Origin: Dudresnaya verticillata
Taxonomy: Eukaryota
DNA: 64,000 nt
Assembly (NCBI GenBank): GCA_977862235.1
Contig: OZ374560.1
Coordinates: 2,356,001-2,420,000 of the forward strand
Direction: 5' to 3'
Below, one piece after another: positions 21,763-35,576 of the stretch. The stretch's first letter is position 1. The number at the start of each line of letters is the position of its first letter. The translations under genes were made by a program, and so were the position numbers. The notes under the pieces were generated by a model. The model saw only the letters and a list, made by a program, of their open reading frames with translations. It was not told the DNA's origin and did not search any database.

Positions 21763-24005
21763 TTCATTTGCGAGATGATACCATCGGGAAAGCTTACGAG
21801 GTTATTTCTTCTTTACCAGCAGATGCCTGAAATATTCCAGCACCGTCACAGCCAGAAGAGGCCGGCGCTGATGTTGCTGTAATTTTTGGCTGATGCCGAG
21901 CTGAGGTTTATTCGTAGGAAGATCCCTATGTAAGATGGGCCTAGTCTTGACTACGTATAGTTTGTTTTCTTCGTTGAACATGGCAGCAATCGCTCTAACG
22001 CAAAACGTAGGGTACTTTTAAACCATTCGTCCATATAAGGGTTTGCAATAAATGCGTTTTAGTCCATTAATTCCGCTGTCCTAGCCGTCCATATCCGTGT
22101 TCAAACAAACACCCTTCCGGCTGCTCTGGAAGCAATTTAGTCGTTGACGCTTTACTCCTCGGGGATTTACCAGCAATAGTCCCATTTCAGAAAAAAGGGC
22201 TTCTTCCTATGAAGAGAAATGAAGAGAGCGATGCACTTTATTCAGCGAGATGCTACAAGCCCCTAAAATAAGATAAATGAAAGACTCTTTGGCAGCACAA
22301 CGTTTGACAAGACGGCTCTGCGACAAATGTATTTGTAAATGTGGGGATGCCAGTTGGGATTAAAAAGCATTAAAAGAGACGGACTCATGTGATCTTCATG
22401 CATGCCGTATCACAGCGTGCACCCATTACAACTAAGCTTTAATGTAGGCGCGACACGCCACTTTGCAAAACTATTTAAGGTGTTTGCAGAATGGCGTTGT
22501 CGGGATGGGACTGAATATACTGTACAAGACCCTTTTGGCATATTGATACTCCAGAACAAAGCCTTTAGATAATGGTTTCTCAATGAATGTGCTGGAGGAA
22601 AAATAATCTACCTGACCTGCTCGAAACGATACAAACTGAACAATATATCAAAAGCAGTAACAATTGCTGTGTGTCCACAATCGGGATACACACGAATTTG
22701 GCCTCAGTAAAATTCGCGAGCAAACAAACTAAGGAGTTCCCGTTTGTAGTCTTAACACTTGAGGAAAGTTAGGGGCCTAGAACAGAATAAATTGCTTCAC
22801 GCATTATAGTGCTGAGAGAGATAGACAAGTAAACTACAGAACCAACTTTTATCATAATCACCACAACTACGATGTATTGCCAGCCTGTTGTGAGGTCATG
22901 TTTGGTGGTTTAGCTCGTCTTGGTCTGCCCTTTTTTGCCAGTCTTAGTCCTCGCGCACTGCCATTGCATTATTCAGTATGTTGAACAATCTGTCCGTTGT
23001 ATCCTGGCCGTTTGGCTGACTACGGTGCACTTTCCAAGGCCCCGCTGGTCCTTCTGGGCAAGTCAAGGCCCACTGAATACATCTTTCTCAGTCCTTCGCG
23101 ATTTAAGCTCTCTTTGCTATGAATGAGACGAGACGGTACTCGTTTTCCGCGAGAACGGAACTGGAACGGGAGAAGCCTTAACGAGAAGCAAATCCTAATT
23201 TTCTGAGCGTTACATAAAACGACTGCATGTCTGTGGCCCCGCAGCTTACTCAGTCGTTTTATATGGACGCAACGTTTCTTATCTCGCTGGCATCGGTTCC
23301 GGGAGCGATGAGGTGAGAATACTCTTCCAGAGGGAGGCTTTGAGAGTCAAGCAATATTCCATGAAAACGTTTTAGCTGCTTGCTGACATTAAGGCATTTT
23401 TATTGTACGACGGGTCAGCGCTTCCGCTATTTGAAACCAAAGCTTTGAGCTTTATTTCTTGCTACGGAAAACAACGGGGCTTTCCAGTCGGAGAGAATCA
23501 TCCGATGAAAGGTTTGCACAGCTTCTAACGGTTCAAACCCTTTTCAACTTCGAGACGGACTAGTTGCGCAGTGCGAATGAGAATTCAAGAACCATTGGTG
23601 ATGGTTCACACGAGAAGCGCATTTCTTACTCTCTCAGTATTGGTTCATAACAAGTACCTGCACTCAACAAATTCTAATTGCAGACTCGAGAAGACTCCAT
23701 CAAGCTATGTGCTTCAGGGGCATCTCCACGTCGACTTCAAGCGGTTTCCGTTAACACAAAAACAATGCGGTGTTGCTTCGTTCGTTTTCTGCTGCGCTTC
23801 AAGCTACATGTGGACAAATTACAATCTTGAACGAGTTTCATTCCGTACCGTTCCTGCAACGATTAAACCGAGATCCCCATCTACTGCCCGTCGTCCAGAT
23901 GCGTTTCATCCTCTTCTATCAACAATAGTTTTCGGAGCATGGCCCTGTCCAACTACCTTTCCCGAAAATCGTACCACAAGCTTTCTTGCTCCCCTTCACC
24001 ACACA

Positions 24006-24746
24006 ATGGATGACTTTCCAGTGGCTTCTGCCCTGAACGACCAAACATCTTCGTCTGCAGAGGACGATTTTAATGCTGCTCAAGGTTCCCGTGCTGGCGC
24101 GAGTTCTCCCCAGCATGGGGCAGAAGATGAAGCTCTAAACAATGAGCTTCGCGATTCCCATGACAGCGAAGAAAACACATTTTCCGGTGTTGGGACTGCT
24201 CAGGGCGGGCCTGGCTCAGCGGAATTAGAGGGCTCGCCAACTGGATATGGACGAGGAAAGAACGACGAAACAAATAGATTGGCGACGAAAGTGAAGAAGC
24301 AATCACCCTCTTCAGGTCTTGCACGCGCTCATGATTCAGACCGGAGGAGAAGAATGTTGCGAGCTCACCGATTTCGTGAGGCGCTTGCCAAAATCACGGG
24401 TCAGAGCACTCCGGAAAAGCCGTCTAATACCCAAAGTGGTTCAAGTTCACGCATCGCGACTGGGGTTCGGCTAGGTCTCTCACGATGGCTAGACCGTCCG
24501 CTTAGCGAACGCATTCAGGAGAGGAAGAAACGGTCGCTGAAATCTTCAGCTTCCGCGACATGCTCTGTTGATGATGATCGATCTGAGAGACAGTCCATCG
24601 CTTCTGCTGGTGACATTGGAGGACTTCATAAGAGAGGCAGAAAGCGCATAAAGTACTTTGATCTTGATGCGGAAAAGAACAACTATGTCGTGATTCACCT
24701 TCAGAAACTGCGAAGAGATCGAGAAGGTATGGAGAAGGATGAGTGA
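24006..24746 (+). CDS. Hypothetical protein, acidic N-terminus and Ser/Arg/Lys-rich, likely disordered, 246 aa
   Basis: Protein-like composition from MDDFPV onward, with basic clusters (RKKR, KRGRKRIK). The upstream extension in the ORF track looks like 5' UTR. Confidence 0.7.
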   Translation: MDDFPVASALNDQTSSSAEDDFNAAQGSRAGASSPQHGAEDEALNNELRDSHDSEENTFSGVGTAQGGPGSAELEGSPTGYGRGKNDETNRLATKVKKQSPSSGLARAHDSDRRRRMLRAHRFREALAKITGQSTPEKPSNTQSGSSSRIATGVRLGLSRWLDRPLSERIQERKKRSLKSSASATCSVDDDRSERQSIASAGDIGGLHKRGRKRIKYFDLDAEKNNYVVIHLQKLRRDREGMEKDE

Positions 24747-27700
24747 GCAGATTTCTAGTGGATGGCTTTGGTTGGCTCTTGTCGTTCTAGCTTGAGAAAT
24801 GATGGCGGTGTTTCTGCAACTGGTCTCAGTTGAAAATGAGTCTACCCAAAGTCTGGATAGTCCTGACGCAACAGTTTGTATGACAATATGAGTGCAGTTA
24901 CAACTGTCTGGTTTCCCTAGGCTCCTTGATGATATCTCCTCTTGCGGCATTGTAGTGCTGCACAATTGTGGAAAGCTTGCGACATCTACTCCGTAGTTTG
25001 TCTCAGTCTCAAGGACTCAACATTTACTTTCGTGCTATAGTCTACTGCTACCCCTTCCAACATGTACAAACTTCTGAAGAATCAGCCTGCTCGAATAAAC
25101 AAACAAGATAGCGGAATGGGCAGGCTGCACTTGGGCGGCGATGAGCTTGTTCTGCTGCTCGAGAAGCCATTCAATGTGCAGCAAAAAGAAGCAACCTCCG
25201 TCGCACGTTTAGAGCTATTTCATCCGTAGGAGCTTGTTGCCCAATGTTTGCCCTTTCTCGAGAAAAGCACCTCAAGAACGGGAGCTTTCGAGTGGAGTTC
25301 CACACCGACATCTTAATGCAGCGATAAGGTCATACAAAAATAAAATTATGGCTGCCGGCAATGAGGGTCTGAGTCATCTGAGTTGTGCACTAGTATGTTT
25401 GCCCATGCAGTATCGACATGGGTTATGGTAGTAGGGAACTTGCGCGCCGAAGGCTATGGTGAAAAGAAATTGAGCACGTATCACCAATCGACATAACAAC
25501 ATATGCAATTAGCTGCAGTTGCCATGACCGTCGAAGCCCGAGTTATTTCGATGTGACACGGAAGACAATAGCGCCCAGTCTACTCTCGATTGATACCAAA
25601 ACGGGAAGCTTTAGAAAAGCAGGTGGGAGGGGCTCTACGAATACGAGGCCACAGGAATTCCATCGCCAATCGGGACGGATGGCGAGTCCACCATAGGGAT
25701 TATGGAAATGCAGTGTCGTTCTCGAAGAGGAACGACGATTGGGCTCGACAGAGTGGGAATTGGAAACCAGCAGGGTCTACTCCCCTCTACGCCCGACCAT
25801 CAATTTCCGGCAGGAAGTCCTTTTTTTGGGCGTAGGTGAGTGTGCGAGAATAGTTTGAGGGCTTTGGATTTGTTCAGGGTAAGCGGCTCTACATTGGTTC
25901 TCCACGTTGAGACCCATCTCGGTAACAAGAGAGATCCAGGAAAGACTGGGATTCCTTTCTTTGTCCTGAAGGGCAGTCTAGCCAGGGCCTAGACTCTACT
26001 AACAAACTCGTTCTCCATCCGTCACTACTGTTCCGAACAAGCTTGCATTTCCGAAACCAAAGCATTTTCTCTGCGCTTTCTGTCACTTTCTTCATGCAAC
26101 CCCAATTGAAGAATGGGCTTCACCTCCGAGGGGTTTTGTTCCATAAAGGCGAGACTGGCTCACCGGGCGTAACAGGCGGAGTAGACCTGGAATAAATCAC
26201 GTCTTAATCGTGTCTTCCTGCCCACCCTAAAACGAGTCTTATTCTCGCCTATCGTTGCTCGCTAAAGATTGCAGCGAAGGAGACTCTTTCAACAAAGGGT
26301 GGGCAAGGTAGAAAATGTTCTCGCTGAAACGTATAGCTGACCGGGCTTTGACCGCCGGTAGTCGGAAGGAAGCGTTGCGCCCGCTGGACCTGGATATGGT
26401 GCAAGGCCGTAGTTGGATGGTGAAAACTGCAGTCGAAGCAGGGGCCGCAATACGCGTATCTCAGTAACTTGAGCTTTTCTTTTTGTTATGGTTTCGCAAT
26501 AGCAGCTCCAGCTTCGGCCCTAGACATTTTTTGAGGCAGTTGTCGCCATTGACCGTCACTTGCGAATGGTGAGCTCGCAGCAAAAAGTTTTGCAGACGCC
26601 GGAGTGCAGAATCACACAAAAAGAAAAAGAAGCACCGCCCATTCTTCATCAGCATCCTCAAAATAGAGAGAGGCGACGCTTAAACCACAGCGACGTCGCA
26701 TGAACATAACTTTGACTGCCGACGCCGCGCTACCCACGACGAGTTGATCTCGAAAAAGATCTTTCGCTTTTCCGCAGGAACGGCCACTCGGATGTCCTGG
26801 AAGCGTTGCGAGTTCTGTCACCACCTCTTTTTCTGAGAGTTGCTCAGAGAGCGCGGTGCGGTGCATGCGGTTTGCAATCTCAACAGCCACTGGATAAGAG
26901 CGCAGCCGGTTTCAATAATAGCGCCACTCAGCCACTCACTCATTCACGCGCCTCTCGCAACAGATGTGCAGGCGCTGTCCAGACAAGCAAAGCAACTTTG
27001 CCGAACGCTTCATGCTTGCTGCCGTGACAAGTCTGTGGAGAGCGACGAGCCCGCACAACATTAACTTCAGTTTTATGGGTCGTGTCAGCAGCTGAGTGCT
27101 GACAAGAGCTGAGAGACTGTGCCGCCAGTGCACAAGTCGACCGCGACAGCTATTGAGGAAAGATTCCGTAAGCTTCAACTGCTACAGAATCTTTCCTCAG
27201 CGCGGCGCTTTTCGTGCTCCGTCTGCGCCAGGAACGAATGTGTGGTAACGTGTGGCCTATAAACGTAGATCGATATGAGATGTTGTGGCTGTAGCTCGCA
27301 CGGATGCGACACTCGCCATATTCCTGCTCCATCGCGACAATCTGCGTCGCCGTACCACTACAGCATAGCCACACAGACTCACACGTAGACAATTCGGCGA
27401 TGAATAGACACGTTTGGTCCCGTCGCTGCTTTTCAAGCCTTGGAGGATCCAGTGCAAGTTTAATGTAGAGAGGGAAAGACGGCTCGGTACACAGTCGCGG
27501 AGTGTGCTGGCTACTGCATTGTCGGGGTGCTAGGCTTTCTTTCTTCCAAAGCCCAGCTGCAAGACGTGGCCCTTGTCTTATGGTAAGCGATACATATCTT
27601 CATGTCGCCTCCCACGGTTATTCCATATGTACAAAAGTGGTACGAGAATACACATGTTCGTTGTAGCTAAGCAAGAGACTTTGGAAGAAGGAGCGGATCC

Positions 27701-28298
27701 TTGTATGTACCTGTTTGTGTAAATGGCGCAACATTGTGTTGTTCAATGCGGTGCAATTCCGTGATACGTTGCAGCGTCTCCTGCGGGCCAGTGCACGTAC
27801 GCGGTACATACGTCAGAACAGCAAGGTGGAAGAGTGGGAGCGGCAGCACTGCCTTTACGGAAAAATGGTAGTGGAGAGGGGCGTTTGGTGGAAAGTGTGT
27901 AAGAGAAAGAGACGCGTGTAGCAGAGATATTAATAGCTTCACTGCTGTGCGTTTGTTCTCGGTCGATGCTGCCCACCACGCGAGGGATGATACTGTATCG
28001 GAAACAACCAAAGTTGATTGCGGGCGAATGTGTCTACTGAGAGCGGCGTTACAAGTGCTATAAAACGTAAGGTGTGTAGTAAGGACGGAGATCTATTCAG
28101 TTGGGGAACGCGCAAATGATGTCCTTGTATGAGCTTCATTTGCGTGGCGCTTTTTGGACATTGAACGTTTGCGGCGCGTGTGGGGCTGCAGAAACTCCCA
28201 CGCGGGTGACTGAGCGGTTACTCGGACGGGCGACGAGGAGTTGGGAGTCCGGGTCATGTGGCCACGCGGACAGGAGAGGGATGGCATGTCCATGTGGG

Positions 28299-28412
28299 AT
28301 TCCTCAAAGATGTTCTCTCGTTTACGTTGCAATGGTTCAATCCTCAAAGAGGTTCAGTCTTCAAAGAGGTTCAGGTTGCTATCTCAAAGGGGGTCAATCC
28401 TCAAAAAGGTTT
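28299..28412 (+). repeat. Degenerate short tandem repeat (TCAATCCTCAAAGAGGT-like, ~5 copies)
   Basis: Recurrent TCCTCAAAGA / TCTTCAAAGAGGT / TCTCAAAGGGGG / TCCTCAAAAAGGT. Confidence 0.6.
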
Positions 28413-30776
28413 ACTCAGAAGACACGTAGGTATCTGTGTCATACTCCGCCATGCATGAGAAGCCGTCTAACACTGTTCGATTTGACGTCAAACGTGATGA
28501 CTATGCAAAGATTTTGTGTTGCATTGTGGAAGTGCATCGACACCCATCAACGTCCTGGGGCTGTTTTCATCAACAAGAAAAGATCAGCAAGGTGTGGAAC
28601 AACGTAGAACAACAGGGTAGAAATGCGGTCCGGGTCCGTAGAGGCATATCGGTTGCACAGGCAGGTTGTATCTCCTGCAAGAATAAGCACCGGATCTTCT
28701 GTTTCCTCAATAGCTGTGGTAAATGTGGCCTACCTGGAGCTACACAGGCACCTTGTGCTGGCTTGCTTCTCATGCAACACGCAGCCTCCGCTCTCCATAG
28801 CACAATTTCTACAGCCTTCAAGCAATGGTGTGACGAGTGGCTGCTGCTGCTGACACAAGCCATAAACCCAGAGTTAATGGAGCGGGCACCATTGTCACAC
28901 ACACTGCAGCAATCATGATGCATGAAGCACACGTCATTGGGAGATAAAGAGCTTACCGACGGTCTCATGTGAGATAGTTTGGTTTTCGATGGGGGAGGGG
29001 TAATGTTACATGCAAAGCCGGAAGCATGACACTCTGCTTGCTCTCCGACGATCGCGGTCGTTCCTTCGATCTTTCGAGTGCGTCGTGTGATTGTGCTCGA
29101 TCAGAGTCAAGCGTTTCTGGAGATAGATTGGTCTCTATGGCAAAACTCGAGAGCTCGCGTGCTCATCCAATGCAGTTGTGTTTTAAATGGGCTCTTCTCT
29201 CTATATTGCGGTGACTGTAACGATATGTACCGCGCCGAGTTGAAGCTGCACTCGGCCGTTATGTGCCGTCTGCAGAAAAGAGCTCACCATTTTGGCTGCT
29301 GCCACTGTGTCTGCTGTGTACTAGTTGCGGACGCAGCTTACTTGCAACGGGCGAGGTACACGGGGTATGGTTGCAGGAGACTCTGCGTGGTGGTGAGTGA
29401 TACTTTTTCCCACTCCCTCTAGATACAGTGCTGTTTCACCTTTCCGCCAAGTGGATCCTATCGGGCTTGAGAAAGAAAGGGTGCGACTGAGAGAAAATAC
29501 TCGTGTGTGTGTGTGTCTGTGTGGTGCTCTCTGCTCATCGTCGCGAAAGGGTCTCGCGATAGTTTTTCTTCGTTTTCTAGTGTGAGTGTGTAGTTTTTGG
29601 GACACGGTGGTTTTTGTCGGTGGAGTTCGGTATGTGGGAAAGCGGTGGTTCGAGAATGGTATCGTTGAGGTGCGCAAAAGGAATGAGGTGGTACGTCAAC
29701 GGGGGAAGAAGTGTTGTTGTTGCTGTTGTTTGTACGGGTGCCCCCTGCGGCGGTAGGGCGCACACGGAGGTACGGCATGCACATGGATACATGTACGCAG
29801 GTACGAAGGTTGGCCGCAGACGGAGAAAGTGCGCGAAGACGTCAGTACAGCAAGACAACATGAGAGGTTCTATAGATACTGTACATGTATATCACAAGGA
29901 GGAAGGAAGGTGAGGGTGAGACGGTGTGCTACAGACGGTTGTGGGATGTCATTTGACGGGTTGCTTTGTTTGTTGAATGAAGACGCAGTGCTCGCAGAAA
30001 GTTTTATACGACCGGCATGGCGGCGCAGATGGCCGAGATTGACGCCGAAAGAGGCACGAACACGGCGCGGCAAGCAACGTTGCTGCGGGCGCGATGCGGA
30101 GTAAAGGCGCGGCTCTCAGCCGTGGAGCAGCGTGAAAGTTGGTGCGCGGGCAGTGCGCTTGGGCTGCTCGCGTCTTGCAAGTTTGCTGTGCAACCGGCGA
30201 AGGCGAGCGGCGAGGGCGCGCAGCGCGGCGCTTCCGTGCGTGTTTCCGCGGACGGAGGCGCGCGTGGACCGCCACAACGGCCGTCGCGTCGCGTGCCACG
30301 CCGCACGGCGCGCAAATGCTAAAAGCGCGACGGCAGGCGCCGCTGATTTCGACCGCGGCGCTGACGTCGGCCCCCGCGCCGCGCCGCGCGCACTCGCTGC
30401 GCCGCCGGACGGGACACTGCGCGCTGCGACGCGACCAGAGGAGAGAGCGGCGGAGAGCGAGACCGACGGCGCCGGCGACGGCGACGGCGACCTCTGCCAC
30501 TTCCGCGGCGCGGCGCAGAGACGCAGAGAGAGAGAGAGAGAGAGCACAAGCGCGTGCCCGCCCCGCGTCGCGAATGGCGCTCCGCCGCTGGTGATTGCTT
30601 GCGGCCTCCTCCGCGCGCGCGTCCGCGCGCGCGCGCGCCTCGCGCGCCGTGCGCGTGCCAGCCGCGCGACCGAACGACGGCGCCTCCGACGCGCCGCGCG
30701 GCCGCTGCGCGGTGCGCGCGCAGGCCATCCGTCGAGCGCAGTTGCGCTGGCGCGGGTGCACTCGGGCTCCGCGCTT

Positions 30777-30783
30777 TATATAG
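30777..30783 (+). promoter_or_regulatory. Putative TATA box of the bZIP gene
   Basis: Isolated TATATAG inside very GC-rich DNA, ~125 bp upstream of ATG 30906. Confidence 0.6.
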
Positions 30784-30905
30784 AACAACGGCGACCGTTT
30801 CACCGCCGTTGCAAGTCGGCGCGAACAGACGAACAAACAACGCGCCGCGCATCCATCCGCCCAGCCGTCCACCCGTCCACCCGTCCACCGCTCCAAAACG
30901 CTGCA

Positions 30906-31448
30906 ATGCCGCCCCACGCACCCTCGCAGCCGCGCAAGCGCGCGCCAGCCGCGCCGCGCGCGCAGCGCGCGACGGCGTCGTCGGGGTCGTCGTCGGGGTC
31001 GTCCACGTCGTCGCTACAGTTGTCGTCGCCGTCGCCGTCGCTGCCGCGCAGCGTGCGCAACATGCCGCCCGAGCTGCGCCGCGCCATCCGCCGCAAGCAG
31101 AACAACGACTCGTCGCGCCGCGGCCGCGAGCGCCAGAAGCGCGAGGGCCACCGCCTCAGGCTGCAGAGCGGCGAGAACGAGAAGACCATCGCCGAGCTGG
31201 AGAAGCAGGTCGCGCAGCTCGAGCTCACGCTGTCGGAGAAGAAGAGGCAACGCCAGAGAGGTGCGTCCGCGTCCGCGCCGTCCGCGCCGTCCGCGCCGCC
31301 GCCGCCTCGGCAGAAGAAGGCCGCTGCAAATGCACAGGCACTTGCACAGGCAAAGGCAAAGGCACACGCACAGGGCAGTAGTAGTGCCGCGCCGTCGCAC
31401 AAGGGCGAGTACTTTGAAAAGGCAGACTTTTTCGGAGACCCGTTCTAG
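30906..31448 (+). CDS. bZIP transcription factor, 180 aa
   Basis: Basic region RRAIRRKQNNDSSRRGRERQK fits N-x7-R-x9-L, followed by heptads ...ENEKTIAELEKQVAQLELTL. The ATG at 30906 lies downstream of a TATA box. Confidence 0.88.
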   Translation: MPPHAPSQPRKRAPAAPRAQRATASSGSSSGSSTSSLQLSSPSPSLPRSVRNMPPELRRAIRRKQNNDSSRRGRERQKREGHRLRLQSGENEKTIAELEKQVAQLELTLSEKKRQRQRGASASAPSAPSAPPPPRQKKAAANAQALAQAKAKAHAQGSSSAAPSHKGEYFEKADFFGDPF

Positions 31449-34400
31449 CTTGGCCACCTCGCCCTATACCTTGGCACAACGACTTTTTGTCCAGCCTGCT
31501 TCAACCGTACAACACTACTATACAGCAACAGCAATAACAACAACAACAACAACAACAATAACATCATCATCAACAACGACAACAAGCAACGCCTTTTTGT
31601 AAATCTTATATCGTCGTTATAGAGTTGCTTCTTCTCCAACGGCTGCTATACCTAACAATAATATCACCACATCTCTAATGCTCCACTCCTTCATCTGTCC
31701 GTTGTACCAGTATCAGTATCCAGCTTGTACAAACCAACCCGCGCAAAAACAACAACAACTGTTGCAGCTCCATCGTGGCCAAGCCCTGGTGGTGGTGGTG
31801 GTGGTGGTGGTGGCCACTGACTCTGCCCTATCTCGTCATACCTGTTTACAACGCCGCGTGCGACGGCATGCGCTTCATTGCTGACGCGCTCTCGACGACT
31901 TGCGAGGAGCACATTTGCACACACACATACACACACAAACGCGCGCACACAAGTTGCACCCGCAACCCCGCATACGTCGCACCGGCAACAACAACGACAA
32001 CAACAGAAAGTCGTGGCTTGCACAGCAGCACTGTGAATCAATCTCTGACACATGCACATGCACGTCCCATCAAAGTCGGAAGTGTGCTCATCTCAAGTCG
32101 TGTGTATGTCCGCCGCGGAAAACGCAGCACCATTGCATGGCAGCGGAGCAACTTGACGAGACTACGCAGCAAATCGAACAACGGTTCTCTCACTGACCGA
32201 ACAACCACGCCTCAACGGCGCGCAGGTGAACGACATCTGAACAAACGACGCCTCAACAAACCGCACCCCCGCGCATCTTGTGGACATACTGCCGGTGCCG
32301 TGTCCAGTGCTGCGCGGTCAGGTTGGAACGCGCTGCCATTGACAGGCGGCTCCGGCACTGGCGCGGCCGAGCCGGCCGCGGACGTCAGCCCGGCACGCGC
32401 TCGAGCGCCGCCGCTCTGTGCCGTCCAACGCGTTGCGCCACCTCTCTCGCTCTTGAAGCGCGCATCTCGCTGGGCTTCACGGTCGTCGACGCTGTGGCCA
32501 CATCAGAGCTGCGCGCGGGTCGCCGAAGCTGCGCGCACGGGATGCGGACCAATCGGCACGCGCGTCGTCGTCTCGCTGCCGCATGCGCGTCGTTGTTTGC
32601 TCACGTCAGTCGACGTTGAAACAACGCACGCATGCGCAGTCAGTCAGTCTGGTGCCGCGAGTGTGATCACGCTCAACGCCCAGTGCCTGTCTGACCCGCT
32701 CATATCTTTCCCGTCAGGAACAACACCACATCACCACATCGGCGCCGTGCGGGCCAACCGGCCGACGCCGTTTTGAGTCAGTCTGCCTCCCCGCCAAAGG
32801 CCAGCGGCGAGCGTCTAACAACCGTCTCTTGTCTTGTCGAAGGGCAAGGCTTGGAGAGCAACCCCATTCCACAGGCATCGATCGCTGCAATAGGAGCGCA
32901 GACTGCACCCCTTGTATTCTACACCGTGCTGAAGATTCCTTCCTTGCCCGGCGGGAATACCGCACTGTTGAAGAAAAAAAGACTTCTCACTCTCTCTCGC
33001 TCCCGACGCTCCCGACGCTCGAAATGGCACATGTCGTGCAGCCCCAGCAACACCGCTGCCGTACCGTCGCGCATTTCTTCTTCGTCGAGCTCGCGTGCAA
33101 GTATGCTCGTTGACATGCGCACCGTGTGCAACTTGACGCATGGCACGGCATGGCAGCTTGTCCCAGCGCTGCACACAGAGAAGACCAGCGGTCGTTGCGG
33201 CTGTCGTCAGCAGCGCGCCTTTCATGCCAAGCTCTTTCTCCGCTCTTCTCTCTTGCTCTTCCATCTCTCGACACGGCAGCAACACTCGCATGCGTCACGA
33301 CGCTTCACCCCGCAATCACTTTGGTCGCGCGCCCTTCACCTTTTTATTTCAGCACCCAATCGCCTTTGCTCGTTTGCCGCGAGGACGCTGCAACGGCCGT
33401 GTGCGGCCCGACGCGCCTCTTTATGGCGACTTCATTGTTGCGACGAAGGTGTCAACCGCAGCATTCGCACCGCTTCGCGTGCAAGCCGGCGCCTGCGACG
33501 AAGACCCTCCAACCCCGCTTCAATACAATCATTCACCACGCGCGTTGTCCTCAAACGCGCGCTTCTTTTCGCACGCAGGCTGGGCACGACGCCGTGCGGA
33601 TTGTCAAGCGCGGGCACGGTCGCGGATGCAATGCCACCGACTTGTTCTGCTTTTCTTCCCCGTATCCTCCGCGAATGACATGGGATTTGTACCATTACAC
33701 TGCTCTGCTTGTTTGCCAATGGATGACGCTTCCTGATGTGTGCGCAATGTGTGCGCAGGTTTCATGGCGTGTGACGGTAACATCTAATGGAGGAGTCCTC
33801 AACAAGCCCGGTTCGTTCAAGCTGGTTCATTGTGTCTTCTTGTCTTCAGAGCGAAAATCCTTGAGGTGTATACCCTTAGGTGGCTTTGATTGTTTCAACG
33901 TCGAGTACAAAAAGAGAACCTTTCTCTGTCCATTAGTACCACAACTACTCAACTATGCCATTCCGGCAATCTGCCGTCTCACCAATGTTTCTAAAGTGTA
34001 CAAAAGCTGTTGTCAGCGGCTCTGCCAACAGCAAAAAAAACTTGTTCCAATGAAAAAGTGCCTTCCCCCTACCTGCTCGGCCTTGAGCACTGGTGTAACA
34101 GTGTCCAACGCTAGGACTACCCCTCCAACTTCGTTTCAAAACGGTGATGTTGCTCGACATTGCCACCTTTATAGTTGACTGAAGGACTTGCAAGGCTCCA
34201 TCTAAAGCCCCCTTACGACATAAACAGTCGCTATTACCCACGGAATGATACCGGAAAGGGCTCATTTACACTGTGCCGAGTCAGTTTTACTGCCCATCGC
34301 ACGAGCACTTGTCTGGAATCTATTGTTCACGGTTAGAGATTTATCCTCGCTTTCACTATTCTGTCGTCCTGCCATTCCGCAACCCATGCACGTCTTTGAA

Positions 34401-35576
34401 ACTATGAGGCGACCTTCAGTCCTTCCTGCGTTACTTGTCGAAAAACTGAGTCCAAGCTCACATACAATACGCATTGTTGCTTGCTGGGGCTACGTCTCTA
34501 ATGCCAACAAAACTGGTTCCTAACATCAAGTCATAGGCAAGACTGACCACATGGACAAGCCATAATTTTGCGAGTCCAACGAAAGGGATCTCCCGTATCT
34601 ACCGAAGAGGCTCGTCAGTTGCGAGCATGTCAAACGTTCTGCTACAAGATAAGAATCAAAAGCTCGCGTTGGCCCGCCTTCAAGGCCCGTTCCACTCGGC
34701 CTCCTGCACCATGTTTCCAGTCACATGCGTACCACGGGCCCGTGGTGTCATTTTCCGGCCCAATATTACACAACGTCAACAGATGCTGCTCTTGTCTGTA
34801 AAGTGTTTGCGGAGGATCCCCGTTGAGGGGCTGCTACAAGCTGCTTCATCTTCCAGCACATTACATAGTGTCTTTGGGCTTTGTTCCCGCTCCGACACAC
34901 ATGTCGTTGGCAAGACGCATCGTCTGTCGACCGTCTCTCGTTCCTGTCTCTCGTCTCTCTGCCTATCGCCATCACTCAAGACTTTCGTTACTCCATCCGC
35001 TGGACGCCCGGTATCTGTCTCTCCTTGAAGACACTAGAGTACTGCTTTGGTGTTGCGCTCTGTCCACTCTGCGCGAGAGAAAAAGTGCTGTGGTTTCCTT
35101 CAGCCCTCTGGCGACACTGCCGTTCCCTTCTTGTTTGCAAATATTCCTGGGCTCATACTGTGGAACGGTCATCTTTAGGGGCTCGTCAAGTGTCTTTCGG
35201 ACGTACAACTGGCAAGGTTACTGTAGACTACTCGCCACAGTACAAGATCTTCGCCAGTCTTCCGAGAGTTTGGTCGACTTGCAGCTTTTTCGTCAAGCGA
35301 CGGGTCGGAGAGCAGCACCTGGGACGACACCAGGGGTGGAACCGGGTGCGGAACGGTGTGTGAGTTCGGGTGATTTTCGACCGGAGCTATTGAGTAGCAC
35401 CCCTTCTCCTTCGGTTCCTTTCAAAGTCTCTTTTGTGTCTGCTTGCATATTCGAAGCCACGCATTCCATTGAGAATCCCGAAAGTTTCTGAAGGACGCAC
35501 AAGAAAATTTCAAAAGCTAGGTTGCGGAAGAGCAAGACTTGCGTTTGTGTCGACGCATCATCGCATCTCAACAGCA

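Larger units (their letters stand above)
29950..33700. other. GC/CpG-rich island spanning the bZIP gene, with microsatellites
   Basis: Dense CGCGCG runs against moderate-GC flanks; (AG)10 at 30525-30544, (CAA)n-like at 31522-31590, (TGG)9 at 31787-31813. Confidence 0.75.

Noticed and set aside
23571..24005. GTG-started N-terminal extension of the 24006 gene (likewise 30132, 35433 and 41817)
   Set aside because: Non-ATG starts in a eukaryote; the extensions read like UTR or promoter, and two contain the TATA box.
25889..26890. Chain of minus-strand ORFs that might be one decayed gene
   Set aside because: No recognisable domain; cannot be distinguished from chance.
29949..34178. Numerous overlapping 100-350 aa Arg/Ala-rich ORFs
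   Set aside because: Expected from stop-codon scarcity in GC-rich, microsatellite-containing DNA; only the bZIP frame has a domain.
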